In this document: piece by piece, positions 30,601 to 40,336 of the stretch
Layout: each line of letters opens with the position of its first letter
How positions within the stretch are numbered: position 1 is the stretch's first letter
Assembly: GCA_027484685.1 (NCBI GenBank)
Contig: JAIXSO010000053.1
Span: 48,164-112,163 of the forward strand
Origin: Bacteroidota bacterium
GTDB taxonomy: Bacteria > Bacteroidota > Bacteroidia > UKL13-3
Length of the DNA stretch: 64,000 nucleotides
Direction: 5' to 3'
Made by a program: the position numbers and the translations under genes
Notes under the pieces: generated by a model
Told to the model about the DNA's origin: nothing
Databases searched by the model: none
Seen by the model: only the letters and a program-made list of their open reading frames with translations

Positions 30601-31013
30601 TCCATTACCGAAGGTTCGCTAGTAAGTACTTGAGGTAAATCTTTGCGTGCTTTATCTACTTGATCTTTTACCCTTTGCTTTGCAATTGGAATTTGCACAT
30701 CGGTGTTAAATTCAACAGTAATTAAACTGATGTTTTGTATGGTATTACTTGTAATTTTTTTAACACCTGAAATAGATTTCAAACTCTTTTCTAAATGTTT
30801 AGTTACAATGTTTTCCATATCCTTAGGCGATGTTCCAGCTTGAACAGTACTAACAATAATTTGCGGAAATACTACCTCCGGAAATTGTTCTTTTGGCAAG
30901 CTATTATAACTCATTAAACCAGCTAAGGTTATAATAATGGTCATAATATAAATGCTTGTTTTGTTATCTATAGCCCAACTCGAGGGCTTAAATTCTTTTA
31001 TTTTATCTAACAT
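27642..31013 (-). CDS. RND efflux permease (AcrB/CzcA family)
   Basis: 1123 aa with 12 TM helices plus large periplasmic loops, typical of AcrB-family proteins. Confidence 0.9.
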   Translation of the reverse strand: MLDKIKEFKPSSWAIDNKTSIYIMTIIITLAGLMSYNSLPKEQFPEVVFPQIIVSTVQAGTSPKDMENIVTKHLEKSLKSISGVKKITSNTIQNISLITVEFNTDVQIPIAKQRVKDQVDKARKDLPQVLTSEPSVMEIDVSQMPIMFVHLSGDYPLDKLKVYAEDLQDRIEGLKEITRADIVGALDREVQINLDMYKMQSADVAMYDVMQAIGNENVTISGGSVKMDGLLREINVIGQYADPKKIGDLTIRSASGAIVYLRDIAEVKDGFKEQESFARLEHKNVITLNIVKKSGQNLIDASDKIRKLTEELKESHFPKGLKITITGDQSETTRVTLHDLINTIIIGFILVTVILMFFMGATNALFVAMSVPLSMAVAFLVLPSLGFTLNMIVLFAFLLALGIVVDDAIVVIENTHRIFENGKVPIKKAAKLAAGEVFLPVLSGTLTTLAPFIPLAFWQGVIGKFMFFLPVTLIITLLASLLVAYIINPVFAVDFMKTHEEEAEERKNTKGFKITSVVFAVIALVSYLSGNFGLGNFTVVIYLLYCLNRFVLYKTIGKFQNKTWPSIQEKYKKLITWCLAKNRPVFILLGTIGLLFFSFFLVSVRTPKIVFFPQASPNFVYTYIQMPVGTDQVKTDSITKIVEERIYKTIGDSNKIVESVISNVAIGAGDPSQFEAGAQSHLGKVTVAFVEFGKRNGEETLDYLDKIRKAVNDIPGAQITVEQESNGPPTGKPVNIEIIGDDFNELTTVSKDLKRYLDSLQISGIEELKSDLITNKPEILIEIDRERANREGITSAQIGQALRGAIFGIEVSKFKDANDDYPIQVRYNESQRNNIDALMNLKITYRDMNMGGMLRSVPLSSVAKLKYSQTYGGIKRKNQKRLVTLGSNVLTGYNANEVVDAVKKAVAKFNLPPTVTVDMTGEQEQQAETGAFLVNALLVSLGLIFLILVTQFNSISKPIIILSEIIFSIIGVLLGFSIFKMDMSILMTGIGIVALAGIVVRNGILLVEFTDILIENGMEVKEAIIEAGKTRMTPVILTASATMLGLIPLAVGLNIDFVTLFTHGNPHIFFGGDSVAFWGPLSWTMIFGLLFATVLTLVLVPVMLLLSESIKKKVFPKRANKVH

Positions 31014-31126
31014 AATTTTTTTAATTAAGGCTTTTGGATTTCACTAACTATATTGCCTTTGGCTATAATTTTTTACAATTTAATTTTTGGTAATTAATAG
31101 CTAAGGGCTAGTTGCCAGAAGCTATT

Positions 31127-32260
31127 CTAGAATTTAATTAGCTCACCATCATTTAAGTCACTATATCCTTCGGTAATTAATTGATCGCCTTTAGCTAAAC
31201 CACCAATAATTTCAGCTTTATCATTGTAAGTAACACCAACATTTACCACACGTTTTTTTGCAATGGTTCTGCTACCTTCTTTAACTGCTACGTATACAAA
31301 GTTTTCGTCATCCGCATTTTGAATACAATTTACAGGAATTACTATCACATCATTTTTAGCATAATCAATAATTTTAACTACTGCAATCATATTTGGCAAA
31401 TAGCTATCATCGCTTGGTAAAGCTACTTCTACACCAAAAGTTCTGTTTAAAGCGCTAATACCTTTTCCACTATAAGTAATTTTGGTATTAATAGTTTTGT
31501 TAATATCAGGGAAAGTAATAATGACATCGTTTCCTTGTTTAATTTTATTAGCATAACTCTCAGCTACATCGGCCTTTACTTTTAATTTATTAAAGTTAAC
31601 TATTGAAAAATATGGCATTCCAGGGGCAGCAGTTTGACCTACTTTTAAATTTACAACATCAATAGTTCCGTTAACTGGAGAAGTTATTTTGTACATGGCT
31701 AATTGCTCACGCATAGAAGCAATTTGTTGCTCTAACGATTCTTTGTTGGTTTTGGCCTGTTTGTATTGAATTTCTGAACCAACTTGTTTTTCCCATAAAG
31801 CTTTTTGTTTGTTGTACAATTCAGTTACCAAACTTAAGTTAGTTTCCATTGATTGAATTTGTTTGCGAATTGCATTGCCATCTAACTCAGCTAATACTTG
31901 TCCAGCTTTAACTACCGAACCTGGTTGAGCCAATACTTTTAAAACCAATCCAGGAACTTTAGCACTAATAGTAGTGTTTTCATCTCCATCTACTCTTCCT
32001 TGCACATCAATAAAATGTTTGAAGTTGGATGTTTCAACACTGGTAACAGCTACGTTAACTATTTTTTCGCGTTTTTCTGTGGTAACTCCACCAGCTTTTA
32101 CTTCATCTTCCAAATTTTTGATTTTAATAGCCAATTCAGCTTGCTCAGCCTTTAATTTTTCAAGCTTAGCTTGTTTCTTTTCAATTGTATTGCCACCACA
32201 TGAGGTCATAATGATGCTTATAACTGATAAAATGGCAATTATTACTTTTCCGTTTTTCAT
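31127..32260 (-). CDS. RND efflux periplasmic adaptor (MFP/HlyD family) lipoprotein
   Basis: 377 aa. Lipobox IMTSCGG, coiled-coil region and beta-barrel domain. Confidence 0.85.
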   Translation of the reverse strand: MKNGKVIIAILSVISIIMTSCGGNTIEKKQAKLEKLKAEQAELAIKIKNLEDEVKAGGVTTEKREKIVNVAVTSVETSNFKHFIDVQGRVDGDENTTISAKVPGLVLKVLAQPGSVVKAGQVLAELDGNAIRKQIQSMETNLSLVTELYNKQKALWEKQVGSEIQYKQAKTNKESLEQQIASMREQLAMYKITSPVNGTIDVVNLKVGQTAAPGMPYFSIVNFNKLKVKADVAESYANKIKQGNDVIITFPDINKTINTKITYSGKGISALNRTFGVEVALPSDDSYLPNMIAVVKIIDYAKNDVIVIPVNCIQNADDENFVYVAVKEGSRTIAKKRVVNVGVTYNDKAEIIGGLAKGDQLITEGYSDLNDGELIKF

Positions 32261-32295
32261 TGTTTGTATATTTTAATTTTTTTATGTTTTAATTA

Positions 32296-33636
32296 TTATT
32301 TGCCTATGGCTCTTTTCAATTCAATTTGAGCATTTAACCAATTGTAAATAGAAGTAAGGTAATTGGTTTGAGCTTGTTTCAAATCGTTATCAGCATTGGT
32401 TAACTCTAAAGTTGAGCCAACACCTTCTTTTAGTTTAAGACTTGATTTATTATAGATATCTTGTGCTAAGTTAAAGTTGTCTTTTTGAATTACTAGTTGT
32501 TCTTTAGCTCTTTCATAGCGGCTTTGCGCATTGGTTCTATCTAAATCAATTAAGTTTTCTACCATTTTTTTAGTGTTAGATAACTTTTGCGCATTTAATT
32601 TAACTTGCTGAATTTGAGCTGATTTGCGCAAACCATCAAAAATGGGTAAACTTAACTGGGCGCCAACCAAAGTACCATCAAAAAACTTATTACCTAAATT
32701 ACTAAACTCCACCCCAAAGGTATTATAAGTATAATTTCCAAATGCTGCCAAACTTGGTAAATAACCATATTGGTAGCGTTTTTTATCTAAGTTGTTTAGT
32801 TTTTCGGCTAGTAATAACTTACGGTATTCAATGCGGTTTTCGTAGTTTGCTTTTTCGTTATTAGCAGTTCCATTATCGGTTACCATTAATTGGTTTAACT
32901 TATCGGTTAACTCTATTTTATCGTTAACTCTTAAGCCCATTTGCATTTTTAAACTGTAGTAAACCAATTCTTTTTGGTCTTTTAATTGACTAAATTGGGT
33001 TTGTGTATTGGCTAAAATTAATCTTAGTCTATCAGCTTCAATTTTTTCAACTAAACCATTTTTATATAGTTCGTTAATATCAAAATATGTTTTTTCAATA
33101 CGTTTAAGCGTGTTTTCAAACAATTGAATATTTTCGTCAATAATTAATGCTGCGTAATAACCTTTAGTTACATTGTTTTCTACATCAATTTCTGAACGTT
33201 TAATATCAATTTTGCTCATTTCAACAAACTCTTTTGCGGCTTTTAAACCTAAAAAGAAAGTTCCATCAAAAAGTAATTGACTGGCCTGAATAGTGTTATT
33301 CCATGAGTATGGAATACCTTGAGGAAATGACAAAGTAGGACTTGGATTTGCAGGCGATAGAAACGGGTTAGGAATTTCTACCGAAGGAACTTTAATAAAA
33401 TGATTTAAGCTCGATGTTGCATTAATTTGTGGCAAACCATTGGCTGTAATCTCTTTTACTTTTTTTTGTGCTATTTGTTCATCAAGCACTGCATTTTTGA
33501 GTGAGTCGTTGTTTTTGAGTGCAAAGCTAACTGCCTCATTTAACGAGAACTTTTTGGTTTCGTTATTTTGCTGCGCAATAGCCAAATTTACTCCTAATAA
33601 AACGCTTACTATTACGATAATACTTCTAGTAATCAT
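32296..33636 (-). CDS. TolC-family outer-membrane efflux protein
   Basis: 446 aa. Signal peptide and duplicated TolC helical repeats. Confidence 0.85.
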   Translation of the reverse strand: MITRSIIVIVSVLLGVNLAIAQQNNETKKFSLNEAVSFALKNNDSLKNAVLDEQIAQKKVKEITANGLPQINATSSLNHFIKVPSVEIPNPFLSPANPSPTLSFPQGIPYSWNNTIQASQLLFDGTFFLGLKAAKEFVEMSKIDIKRSEIDVENNVTKGYYAALIIDENIQLFENTLKRIEKTYFDINELYKNGLVEKIEADRLRLILANTQTQFSQLKDQKELVYYSLKMQMGLRVNDKIELTDKLNQLMVTDNGTANNEKANYENRIEYRKLLLAEKLNNLDKKRYQYGYLPSLAAFGNYTYNTFGVEFSNLGNKFFDGTLVGAQLSLPIFDGLRKSAQIQQVKLNAQKLSNTKKMVENLIDLDRTNAQSRYERAKEQLVIQKDNFNLAQDIYNKSSLKLKEGVGSTLELTNADNDLKQAQTNYLTSIYNWLNAQIELKRAIGK

Positions 33637-33642
33637 ACTTAT

Positions 33643-34263
33643 TTATTTTATGTTATTGTGTTGGTTTTCTATTAATTTATCTAATTTTTTCAATCCTTTT
33701 TCGGTACAAATACCGCGTAAGTGGTATTTTACAATTTCTTGGTGGATGTACTGAAAATCGGTGCTTATTTCTTGGTAAAGTTCTGGCCTTAAAATAAACT
33801 CAACGCTATGAACGTATAATTTTGCTGTTAACTCTGAGTTAATTTCGGCTCTATACAAACCTATTTCTTTACCCATATTTATATTTACAACCATTTGATT
33901 ATAAATGAATTCCGACTTAAATCTTTCTAATTTATCCCAAGCTGGTTTAAAATATTTTTTCAAATCGAACAAAACAGAAACATTTACTTTTCGATGATTT
34001 TCAGTTATTGATTTACTTACTTCAAACAAAAACTCAATTGGATCATGCCCCTCCTCCACTAATTTGTAGCAATTTTGCATATCGCAATTAATGTGTGTTT
34101 CAATAGTCTGGTTTACTAAATCGTTTTTATCTTCAAAAAACTGATAAAGCGTTTTTTTAGAAACACCTAACTCTCTGGCAATGTCATCCATGGTGATGCT
34201 TTTGAAGCCATATTTCATAAATAAAGCTTCGGCACCTTGTAATATTTTATCCTTGGGTTCCAT
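33643..34263 (-). CDS. TetR/AcrR-family transcriptional regulator
   Basis: 206 aa. N-terminal HTH ITMDDIARELGVSKKTLYQFF. It is the first gene of the efflux operon. Confidence 0.85.
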   Translation of the reverse strand: MEPKDKILQGAEALFMKYGFKSITMDDIARELGVSKKTLYQFFEDKNDLVNQTIETHINCDMQNCYKLVEEGHDPIEFLFEVSKSITENHRKVNVSVLFDLKKYFKPAWDKLERFKSEFIYNQMVVNINMGKEIGLYRAEINSELTAKLYVHSVEFILRPELYQEISTDFQYIHQEIVKYHLRGICTEKGLKKLDKLIENQHNNIK

Positions 34264-34579
34264 TTTTTATACTAATTATCGGGTGCAAATGTGAGAAACT
34301 TTCTGAACTTTGGAAACTTTTTTTATAAAAAAAGTTTCCAAATTATTTTTCGTTTCCATTAATCACTTGATTTTCATGATAGTATTAATTTTGAAGAGTA
34401 TTTAATTTGACATATCTCAATAAAAAAACAATTTGTAAAGTTTTGTAAACACTGTTAACTGTAATTTATTTTTTTTGTTATAAATTCATGAAGATATGAA
34501 AAGAAAGTGTTTAATTTGCTCACTAGAGGCATGTAACACATAAAATTTAAATTGTTTACGTGTAATTTTTAGACTTAAG

Positions 34580-35317
34580 ATGAAAAATATTAGAGCAGTT
34601 TTAGTAGATGATGTGGAAGTAATGCGTATTACTTTAAAAAAAGTATTAGAACAATTTCCGCATATAGAATTAGTAGGCGAAGCTTCCACTTTTGATGAAG
34701 CTAAAGATATCATTAACTTATTACAGCCCGATTTACTATTTTTAGATATTGACTTGAATGGATTAACATCAATTGATTTAATTGGTGAAATTAACTGTAC
34801 GCCTAAAATTATATTCATTACCTCGCACGAAAATTTTGCTATTAAAGCTTTTGAATTAAATGCTGTTGATTATATCATTAAACCAGTTAGTTCAAAACGC
34901 ATAAGTAAAGCCATTGAACGTATTACCACACCGGCAGATGAAACTGCTGAAAATGGCAGTGAAAACGATGAAACTTTCCAATCAGACCAAATCATTTTAT
35001 TAAATTTTGATAATAAAATGAATTTTATAAAAATAAGCGATATTAATTACATAGAAGCTTATGGAAACTACACTAAAGTGTATATGACTGATGGAAAACT
35101 AAGTATTACCTATAATTCAATTAAGAATTGGGATGCCAAATTACCAGTTGATGTGTTTATACAAATACATCGCTCTACCATTGTAAATTTATTGAATGTT
35201 CAAAAAATTGAAAAATGGACCAACGATACAGGCCGCTTACACTTAAAAGGTGTTGAAAAACCTTTCGAAATAAGCCGCAGTTATTTCTTCCAAATTAAGA
35301 AAAAATACAAAATGTAA
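34580..35317 (+). CDS. LytTR-family response regulator
   Basis: 245 aa. Receiver domain (VLVDD...DLLFLDIDLNG) plus a C-terminal LytTR DNA-binding domain (FIQIHRSTIVN). No adjacent histidine kinase. Confidence 0.85.
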   Translation: MKNIRAVLVDDVEVMRITLKKVLEQFPHIELVGEASTFDEAKDIINLLQPDLLFLDIDLNGLTSIDLIGEINCTPKIIFITSHENFAIKAFELNAVDYIIKPVSSKRISKAIERITTPADETAENGSENDETFQSDQIILLNFDNKMNFIKISDINYIEAYGNYTKVYMTDGKLSITYNSIKNWDAKLPVDVFIQIHRSTIVNLLNVQKIEKWTNDTGRLHLKGVEKPFEISRSYFFQIKKKYKM

Positions 35318-35325
35318 TAATCAAA

Positions 35326-35358
35326 AATCCGAAGCCAAAAACTTCGGATTTTTTTTGC
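35326..35358 (+). terminator. intrinsic terminator after the LytTR regulator
   Basis: aaaatccgaag-ccaaaaa-cttcggatttt followed by ttttttgc. Confidence 0.7.
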
Positions 35359-35412
35359 TAACAATATTTATTTTTTAATAAAAAAACTAAGTTTGAATAA
35401 TAAATAACCCCT

Positions 35413-35991
35413 ATGAACCCAAAGTTTGATTTTTATTTTACTAAAGAACAAAAATGGCAGCAAGAAATTACGAAAATGCGAGCCATAGCCTTAAGCTGCA
35501 ATTTAACCGAAGAGTTAAAATGGGGAACACCATGTTATACTTTAAACGGAAATAACATAGTGCTTATTCATACTTTTAAAGAGTATTGTGCATTTTTATT
35601 TTTTAAAGGTGCGTTGCTTAATGATACCCAAGATATTTTAATTCAACAATCGAAAAATGTACAAGCTACACGCCAAATTAGGTTTACCAATTTAGCCCAA
35701 ATTGATGAACAAGAAGCTATCATCAAAACACATATTTTCGAAGCCATTGAAGTAGAAAAAGCTGGATTAAAAGTAACACTTAAAAAAACTACTGAGTATG
35801 AAATTCCTGAAGAGTTTCAACTAAAGCTAAACGAAAGTACTGAACTGAAAATTGCTTTTGAAGCATTAACTCCCGGCAGGCAACGAGGTTATTTATTACA
35901 TTTTACTCAACCCAAACAAGCTAAAACGCGTGAGGCGAGAATTGAAAAATGTATTCCTCAAATTTTTGAAGGCAAAGGCCTAAACGACTAA
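35413..35991 (+). CDS. YdeI/OmpD-associated family protein (DUF1801-containing)
   Basis: 192 aa. MNPKFDFYFTKEQKWQQEI...ELKWGTPCY matches the YdeI family N-terminus. Confidence 0.55.
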   Translation: MNPKFDFYFTKEQKWQQEITKMRAIALSCNLTEELKWGTPCYTLNGNNIVLIHTFKEYCAFLFFKGALLNDTQDILIQQSKNVQATRQIRFTNLAQIDEQEAIIKTHIFEAIEVEKAGLKVTLKKTTEYEIPEEFQLKLNESTELKIAFEALTPGRQRGYLLHFTQPKQAKTREARIEKCIPQIFEGKGLND

Positions 35992-36015
35992 ACATATTTG
36001 GACTAAATACATTTT

Positions 36016-36579
36016 ATGAAAAAAGAATTATCCGCTGCAGCTGCTAAAAAGTTAATAGAAACTTTGAAAAACCGTTTCGAAAAATATACCAATCGCCACT
36101 CAAATATAGATTGGGCAAAGGTGCAAGCCAAGTTAGAGTTGAGTGAGAATAAACAAAAACTATGGTCGCTTAACCAAATGGAAATTACCGGAGGTGAACC
36201 TGATGTAATAGACTTTGATGCTCAAACAAACGAATTTATTTTTGTAGATTGTTCGGCCGAAAGCCCAAGCGGACGCAGAAGTTTATGTTTTGACAACGAA
36301 GCTTTAGAAGCCCGAAAAGAAAATAAACCTGCGGGTAGCGCATTAAATATGGCAGCAGAAATGGGCATCGCTATTTTAAACGAAACGCAATACCGAAACT
36401 TATTGCAATTAGGAAATTTTGATGCAAAAACATCGAGTTGGATAGAAACCCCTGCCCCCATAAGAAAACTGGGTGGAGCCTTGTTTGCCGATTTTAGGTA
36501 TAACCATGTGTTTGTATATCATAATGGCGCACAATCATACTACGCAGTCAGAGGATTTAGAGGCATGTTGAAGGTTTAG
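36016..36579 (+). CDS. DUF4256-like hypothetical protein
   Basis: 187 aa. The family assignment comes from memory of the N-terminal pattern only. Confidence 0.35.
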   Translation: MKKELSAAAAKKLIETLKNRFEKYTNRHSNIDWAKVQAKLELSENKQKLWSLNQMEITGGEPDVIDFDAQTNEFIFVDCSAESPSGRRSLCFDNEALEARKENKPAGSALNMAAEMGIAILNETQYRNLLQLGNFDAKTSSWIETPAPIRKLGGALFADFRYNHVFVYHNGAQSYYAVRGFRGMLKV

Positions 36580-36617
36580 ATTAATTACAAAGTTGAAAGA
36601 TTAGAAAGATTACAAGG

Positions 36618-37034
36618 TTGATTTGGGGTAATAAAACTATGAAAACAATATTATTTCTGTTGTTTAATTTAATTTCTATTTTAGGATATTGCGATCATGT
36701 GGACTTTTTTACAATAAAAGTAAATGATTCAATTATCTATGATTCAAGAGTAAATATCAGAAAAGTACATACACTAAAGCTATCTACTTTAAAACTGTCA
36801 AAAAAAGACACTATAACTATACATTACAGAACCGACACGCCATGTCCAGTTTGCAAGTATTGTTTGTTTTTTACCAACTCAGAAAAAGAAAAGATTGGCT
36901 TATTTAGAAAAACGGGAAATAGCGAATTTAAATTTTGTAGAAAAGAATTTAAAAAGCTAACCAAATTCAAGACAGAAATTTATTATTTCCGCGAACAACA
37001 AGATATTATGAAGAAAATATTAATTATTGAATAA
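36618..37034 (+). CDS. hypothetical protein with N-terminal hydrophobic segment
   Basis: 138 aa. An ORF with signal peptide/TM, in an AT-rich region. Confidence 0.3.
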   Translation: MIWGNKTMKTILFLLFNLISILGYCDHVDFFTIKVNDSIIYDSRVNIRKVHTLKLSTLKLSKKDTITIHYRTDTPCPVCKYCLFFTNSEKEKIGLFRKTGNSEFKFCRKEFKKLTKFKTEIYYFREQQDIMKKILIIE

Positions 37035-37048
37035 ACTCAATAAAATCC

Positions 37049-37927
37049 TTACAACAAACTATACCTACCAACTATTCCCAAAGGCAATTGAATGCCCGAT
37101 TTTCCTTGTAAATACAATTCGCCAAAGTCTAGGTTTTTGGTTTGTTTAAAATTACTTTCAATTAAATTTTGAACCACTAGGGCACTTAAACCTAATGAGT
37201 AAACATTCAAAATCAAAAAATGATTATTGGGCTCTAAAATTTTGGCCACATCTTGCAGCAATTCGTTGATGCTATTTTCCAACTGCCAACGCTCGCCATT
37301 GGCACCAATTCCGTAAGCAGGAGGATCTAAAATAATTCCATGGTAAGTTTTACCGCGTTTTACTTCACGTTTTACAAATTTCATGGCATCTTCCACCACC
37401 CAACGTATATCGCTTAAGCCTGAAGATTCCATGTTTTCTTTACTCCAAGTAATTACTTGTTTTACACTATCAACATGGGTAACATCGGCACCTGCTGCTT
37501 TAGCAGCTATGCTTGCACCACCTGTGTAAGCAAACAAATTTAAAAACCTTGGTTGCTCACCTTTTACTTTTTTCAAGTTTTGAAAAATATAATCCCAATT
37601 AGCGGCTTGTTCTGGAAATATGCCCACATGCTTAAACGAAGTAAGTGCCAAATTAAAGTTCAGGTTCAAATCGTTGTGTTTGTAATTCATTTTCCAACGT
37701 TCGCCTGCTGCTTTGTTCTTTTTTATCCATTCGCCACTATGGCTAGTGCGAGGTTTAAAAGTAATATCGGTTAATTTTTGCCACTCTTGTTCGCTCCATT
37801 TTTTACTCCATAAAGCTTGAGGTTCAGGTCTGCGTAAAACCAAAGAACCAAATTTTTCTAGCTTTTCAAAATCGCCACAATCTAAAAGTTCGTATTGTTG
37901 CCAATTGGTAGGTGTAAATGTTTGCAT
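37049..37927 (-). CDS. class I SAM-dependent (rRNA-type, RlmI-like) methyltransferase
   Basis: 292 aa. The FAYTGGASIAAKAAGA motif (SAM-binding GxGxG-like) lies in a Rossmann region. Confidence 0.55.
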   Translation of the reverse strand: MQTFTPTNWQQYELLDCGDFEKLEKFGSLVLRRPEPQALWSKKWSEQEWQKLTDITFKPRTSHSGEWIKKNKAAGERWKMNYKHNDLNLNFNLALTSFKHVGIFPEQAANWDYIFQNLKKVKGEQPRFLNLFAYTGGASIAAKAAGADVTHVDSVKQVITWSKENMESSGLSDIRWVVEDAMKFVKREVKRGKTYHGIILDPPAYGIGANGERWQLENSINELLQDVAKILEPNNHFLILNVYSLGLSALVVQNLIESNFKQTKNLDFGELYLQGKSGIQLPLGIVGRYSLL

Positions 37928-37984
37928 GTAATTTATAAAAGGGCAAATATAAGGCTAATGATTTGCTAAAACAGCATTCAGTAA

Positions 37985-38902
37985 TTATTCCATAATAAAA
38001 GTGCGTCCTTCATCAGCTATATCTGTATTGGCAAACTCAGTTCTAGCCTCGGCTAACAAAGGTTGCAAATCATCGTAACGCGCGCTAAAATGGCCAATAA
38101 TTAATTTTTCTACATTGGCCTTGCTAGCTACTATTCCAGCTTGTTTGGCAGTAGTATGCATGGTATCAATGGCTCTTGCCAATTTATCGTGCATAAAAGT
38201 AGCTTCATGGTAAAGTATATCAGCTTCTTGCACTGATTGAATTACCCTTTCGTCAAAAATGGTATCGCTGCAATAAGCATAGGTGATTGGTTTTCCTGGA
38301 TCAAAAGTCAATAATTCGTTTTTGATGTGGGTCTTTCCATCTGGACTTAAATAATCGCGTCCACGTTTTAAATCGTTAAAATGAGTAAATGGAACTTTCG
38401 TTTTTTCACATGCTTCCACATTTAACTTGCGTAATTTGCTGCGTTCTTGAAACAAAAAACCAGCAGTTGGAACCCGATGAAACAATGGAAAGGATATTAC
38501 TTTGTAATAAATATTTTCGAAGATAACTTCGGTTTTGTTGGGGTCAACTGTGTGATAATTTAATTCAAAGCTAAAACGGGTATCGCTGTATTTAAAAAAT
38601 ACATTTAAAATTTCGAACAATTCTTTTGGACCATAAATATGAACAGGCGCTTCTCTACCCATTAAATTCATGCTGAGTAACAAACCGGGTAAACCTAAAA
38701 TATGATCGCCATGAACATGGCTAATAAAAATTTGATTAATGCGCGATTTTTTAATTTTATAGCGTTGCAATTGCATTTGAGTTCCTTCGCCACAATCAAT
38801 AAGAATATGATGGTCCAATATATTTAAATACTGGCCACTTGGATGCCGATTGGGTGCTGGCGATGCACTGCTATTGCCTAAAATTGTTACTTCAAAAGCC
38901 AT
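37985..38902 (-). CDS. rnz: ribonuclease Z
   Basis: 305 aa. Metallo-beta-lactamase HxHxDH motif (ISHVHGDHILGLPGLL), on an RNase Z-like backbone. Confidence 0.85.
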   Translation of the reverse strand: MAFEVTILGNSSASPAPNRHPSGQYLNILDHHILIDCGEGTQMQLQRYKIKKSRINQIFISHVHGDHILGLPGLLLSMNLMGREAPVHIYGPKELFEILNVFFKYSDTRFSFELNYHTVDPNKTEVIFENIYYKVISFPLFHRVPTAGFLFQERSKLRKLNVEACEKTKVPFTHFNDLKRGRDYLSPDGKTHIKNELLTFDPGKPITYAYCSDTIFDERVIQSVQEADILYHEATFMHDKLARAIDTMHTTAKQAGIVASKANVEKLIIGHFSARYDDLQPLLAEARTEFANTDIADEGRTFIME

Positions 38903-38933
38903 TTTACAACATTACAAAATTTTAAATATAAAC

Positions 38934-40019
38934 CTAATTGATTTTTACCGTTGCACTCAGCATTTTATGATCGCTAAAGTTTAATTGGTAAGGTTTATAA
39001 TTTACTATTTCAAAACTTTTATCGGCCAAAATATAATCAATTCTGAAAGACGGCATTTTACCTGTATAAGTTGAGCTAAAGCCTGAACCACTTTCAATAA
39101 AAGCATCCTTCATATCGCCTTTAATAATGTTATAAGCATAGCTAGCTGGCGAGTCGTTAAAATCGCCTGTTAATATAATTTTGTGCTTACTTTTTTCAAT
39201 AAATTTCTGGATGGCTTCTGCTTGTTTCGACCGATTGATAAAGGCACGTTTTAACTTACCTGCAATACTTTTTATATCAAGCAAACCAACTTCTTTTTCG
39301 TTTTTATCTGCCTCAATTTCGGCCACCGTTTGAAAATCTTTTTTATCAAAAGCAATTGATTTTAAATGTGTATTGATAATCCTAATGGTGTCGTTTTTAT
39401 ATTTTATATCGGCAAAAATAGTGGCATTTCCATTAGAGTTCACACGCTCCACAAAACCTGAATTTACTATAGGATACCTACTTAAAATACTAATGCTATA
39501 GCCTGTAATTTTATCTTCATTAGCTTGCATATTATGCGTATAAAAATCTTTGTATTCAGTAACCAATTGTTTAAACATGGCTTTGTCTTTTTTGGTATCG
39601 TACGACACAAATTCCTGAAAACACATAATGTCTGGTTTTATGTTTTGCAAAGTTTCAAAAAATAGTTGCCCATTGTACTCAGTCTTTTCGAAGGCATCAA
39701 AAGAATGTGTATTAAAATCAATGACGTTTAAATAATTACTTGTTACTACCTCTTTTTTAGTTCCAAACTGAATGAAACGCTGAATGGTAGCAATACCTAT
39801 TAAAAGGGCCACTAATGAGTATATAAAATTCCAATTTAAAGTAACCATCCAATAAATTACAAAAACTGCATTTGCAATAAAAATAACAGGAAAAGCCAAA
39901 CCCAAAAACGCTATAAACCAAACCATTACTGGGCTAATAAATGCCGCTAAATAAGCACCCAATAGCAGTAAAATGGCTACCCAATTAAAAAATAAAACTA
40001 TTTTGTTAAATACTTTCAT
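38934..40019 (-). CDS. endonuclease/exonuclease/phosphatase-family protein with N-terminal TM helices
   Basis: 361 aa. Two or three N-terminal TM helices. The C-terminal ..SDH motif is typical of the EEP fold. Confidence 0.6.
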   Translation of the reverse strand: MKVFNKIVLFFNWVAILLLLGAYLAAFISPVMVWFIAFLGLAFPVIFIANAVFVIYWMVTLNWNFIYSLVALLIGIATIQRFIQFGTKKEVVTSNYLNVIDFNTHSFDAFEKTEYNGQLFFETLQNIKPDIMCFQEFVSYDTKKDKAMFKQLVTEYKDFYTHNMQANEDKITGYSISILSRYPIVNSGFVERVNSNGNATIFADIKYKNDTIRIINTHLKSIAFDKKDFQTVAEIEADKNEKEVGLLDIKSIAGKLKRAFINRSKQAEAIQKFIEKSKHKIILTGDFNDSPASYAYNIIKGDMKDAFIESGSGFSSTYTGKMPSFRIDYILADKSFEIVNYKPYQLNFSDHKMLSATVKIN

Positions 40020-40336
40020 AATAAGGGTTCAAATTAAACAATTTAAATTTGGTTATCCATTCAAAGATTAACTTATTATCAATACCAATCAACAAACAAG
40101 GCTATTTATTTAAAAATAAATCAATTACATTTTTCACTTAATTGTTAAAAATAATTTAGCCGTGATAATCATTTAGTTATAACACACTATTTACAAAACG
40201 CTTTAAAACCATACTATTTTAAAATACATTTCGTTCCTAATAAGGTTTGTAATTTTATGGTGTAGTAAAAAAATAACATAATAAACACCAAGCCAAAGAT
40301 TATATTTGCTCACTTAAATAACAGCATTTTACCCAT

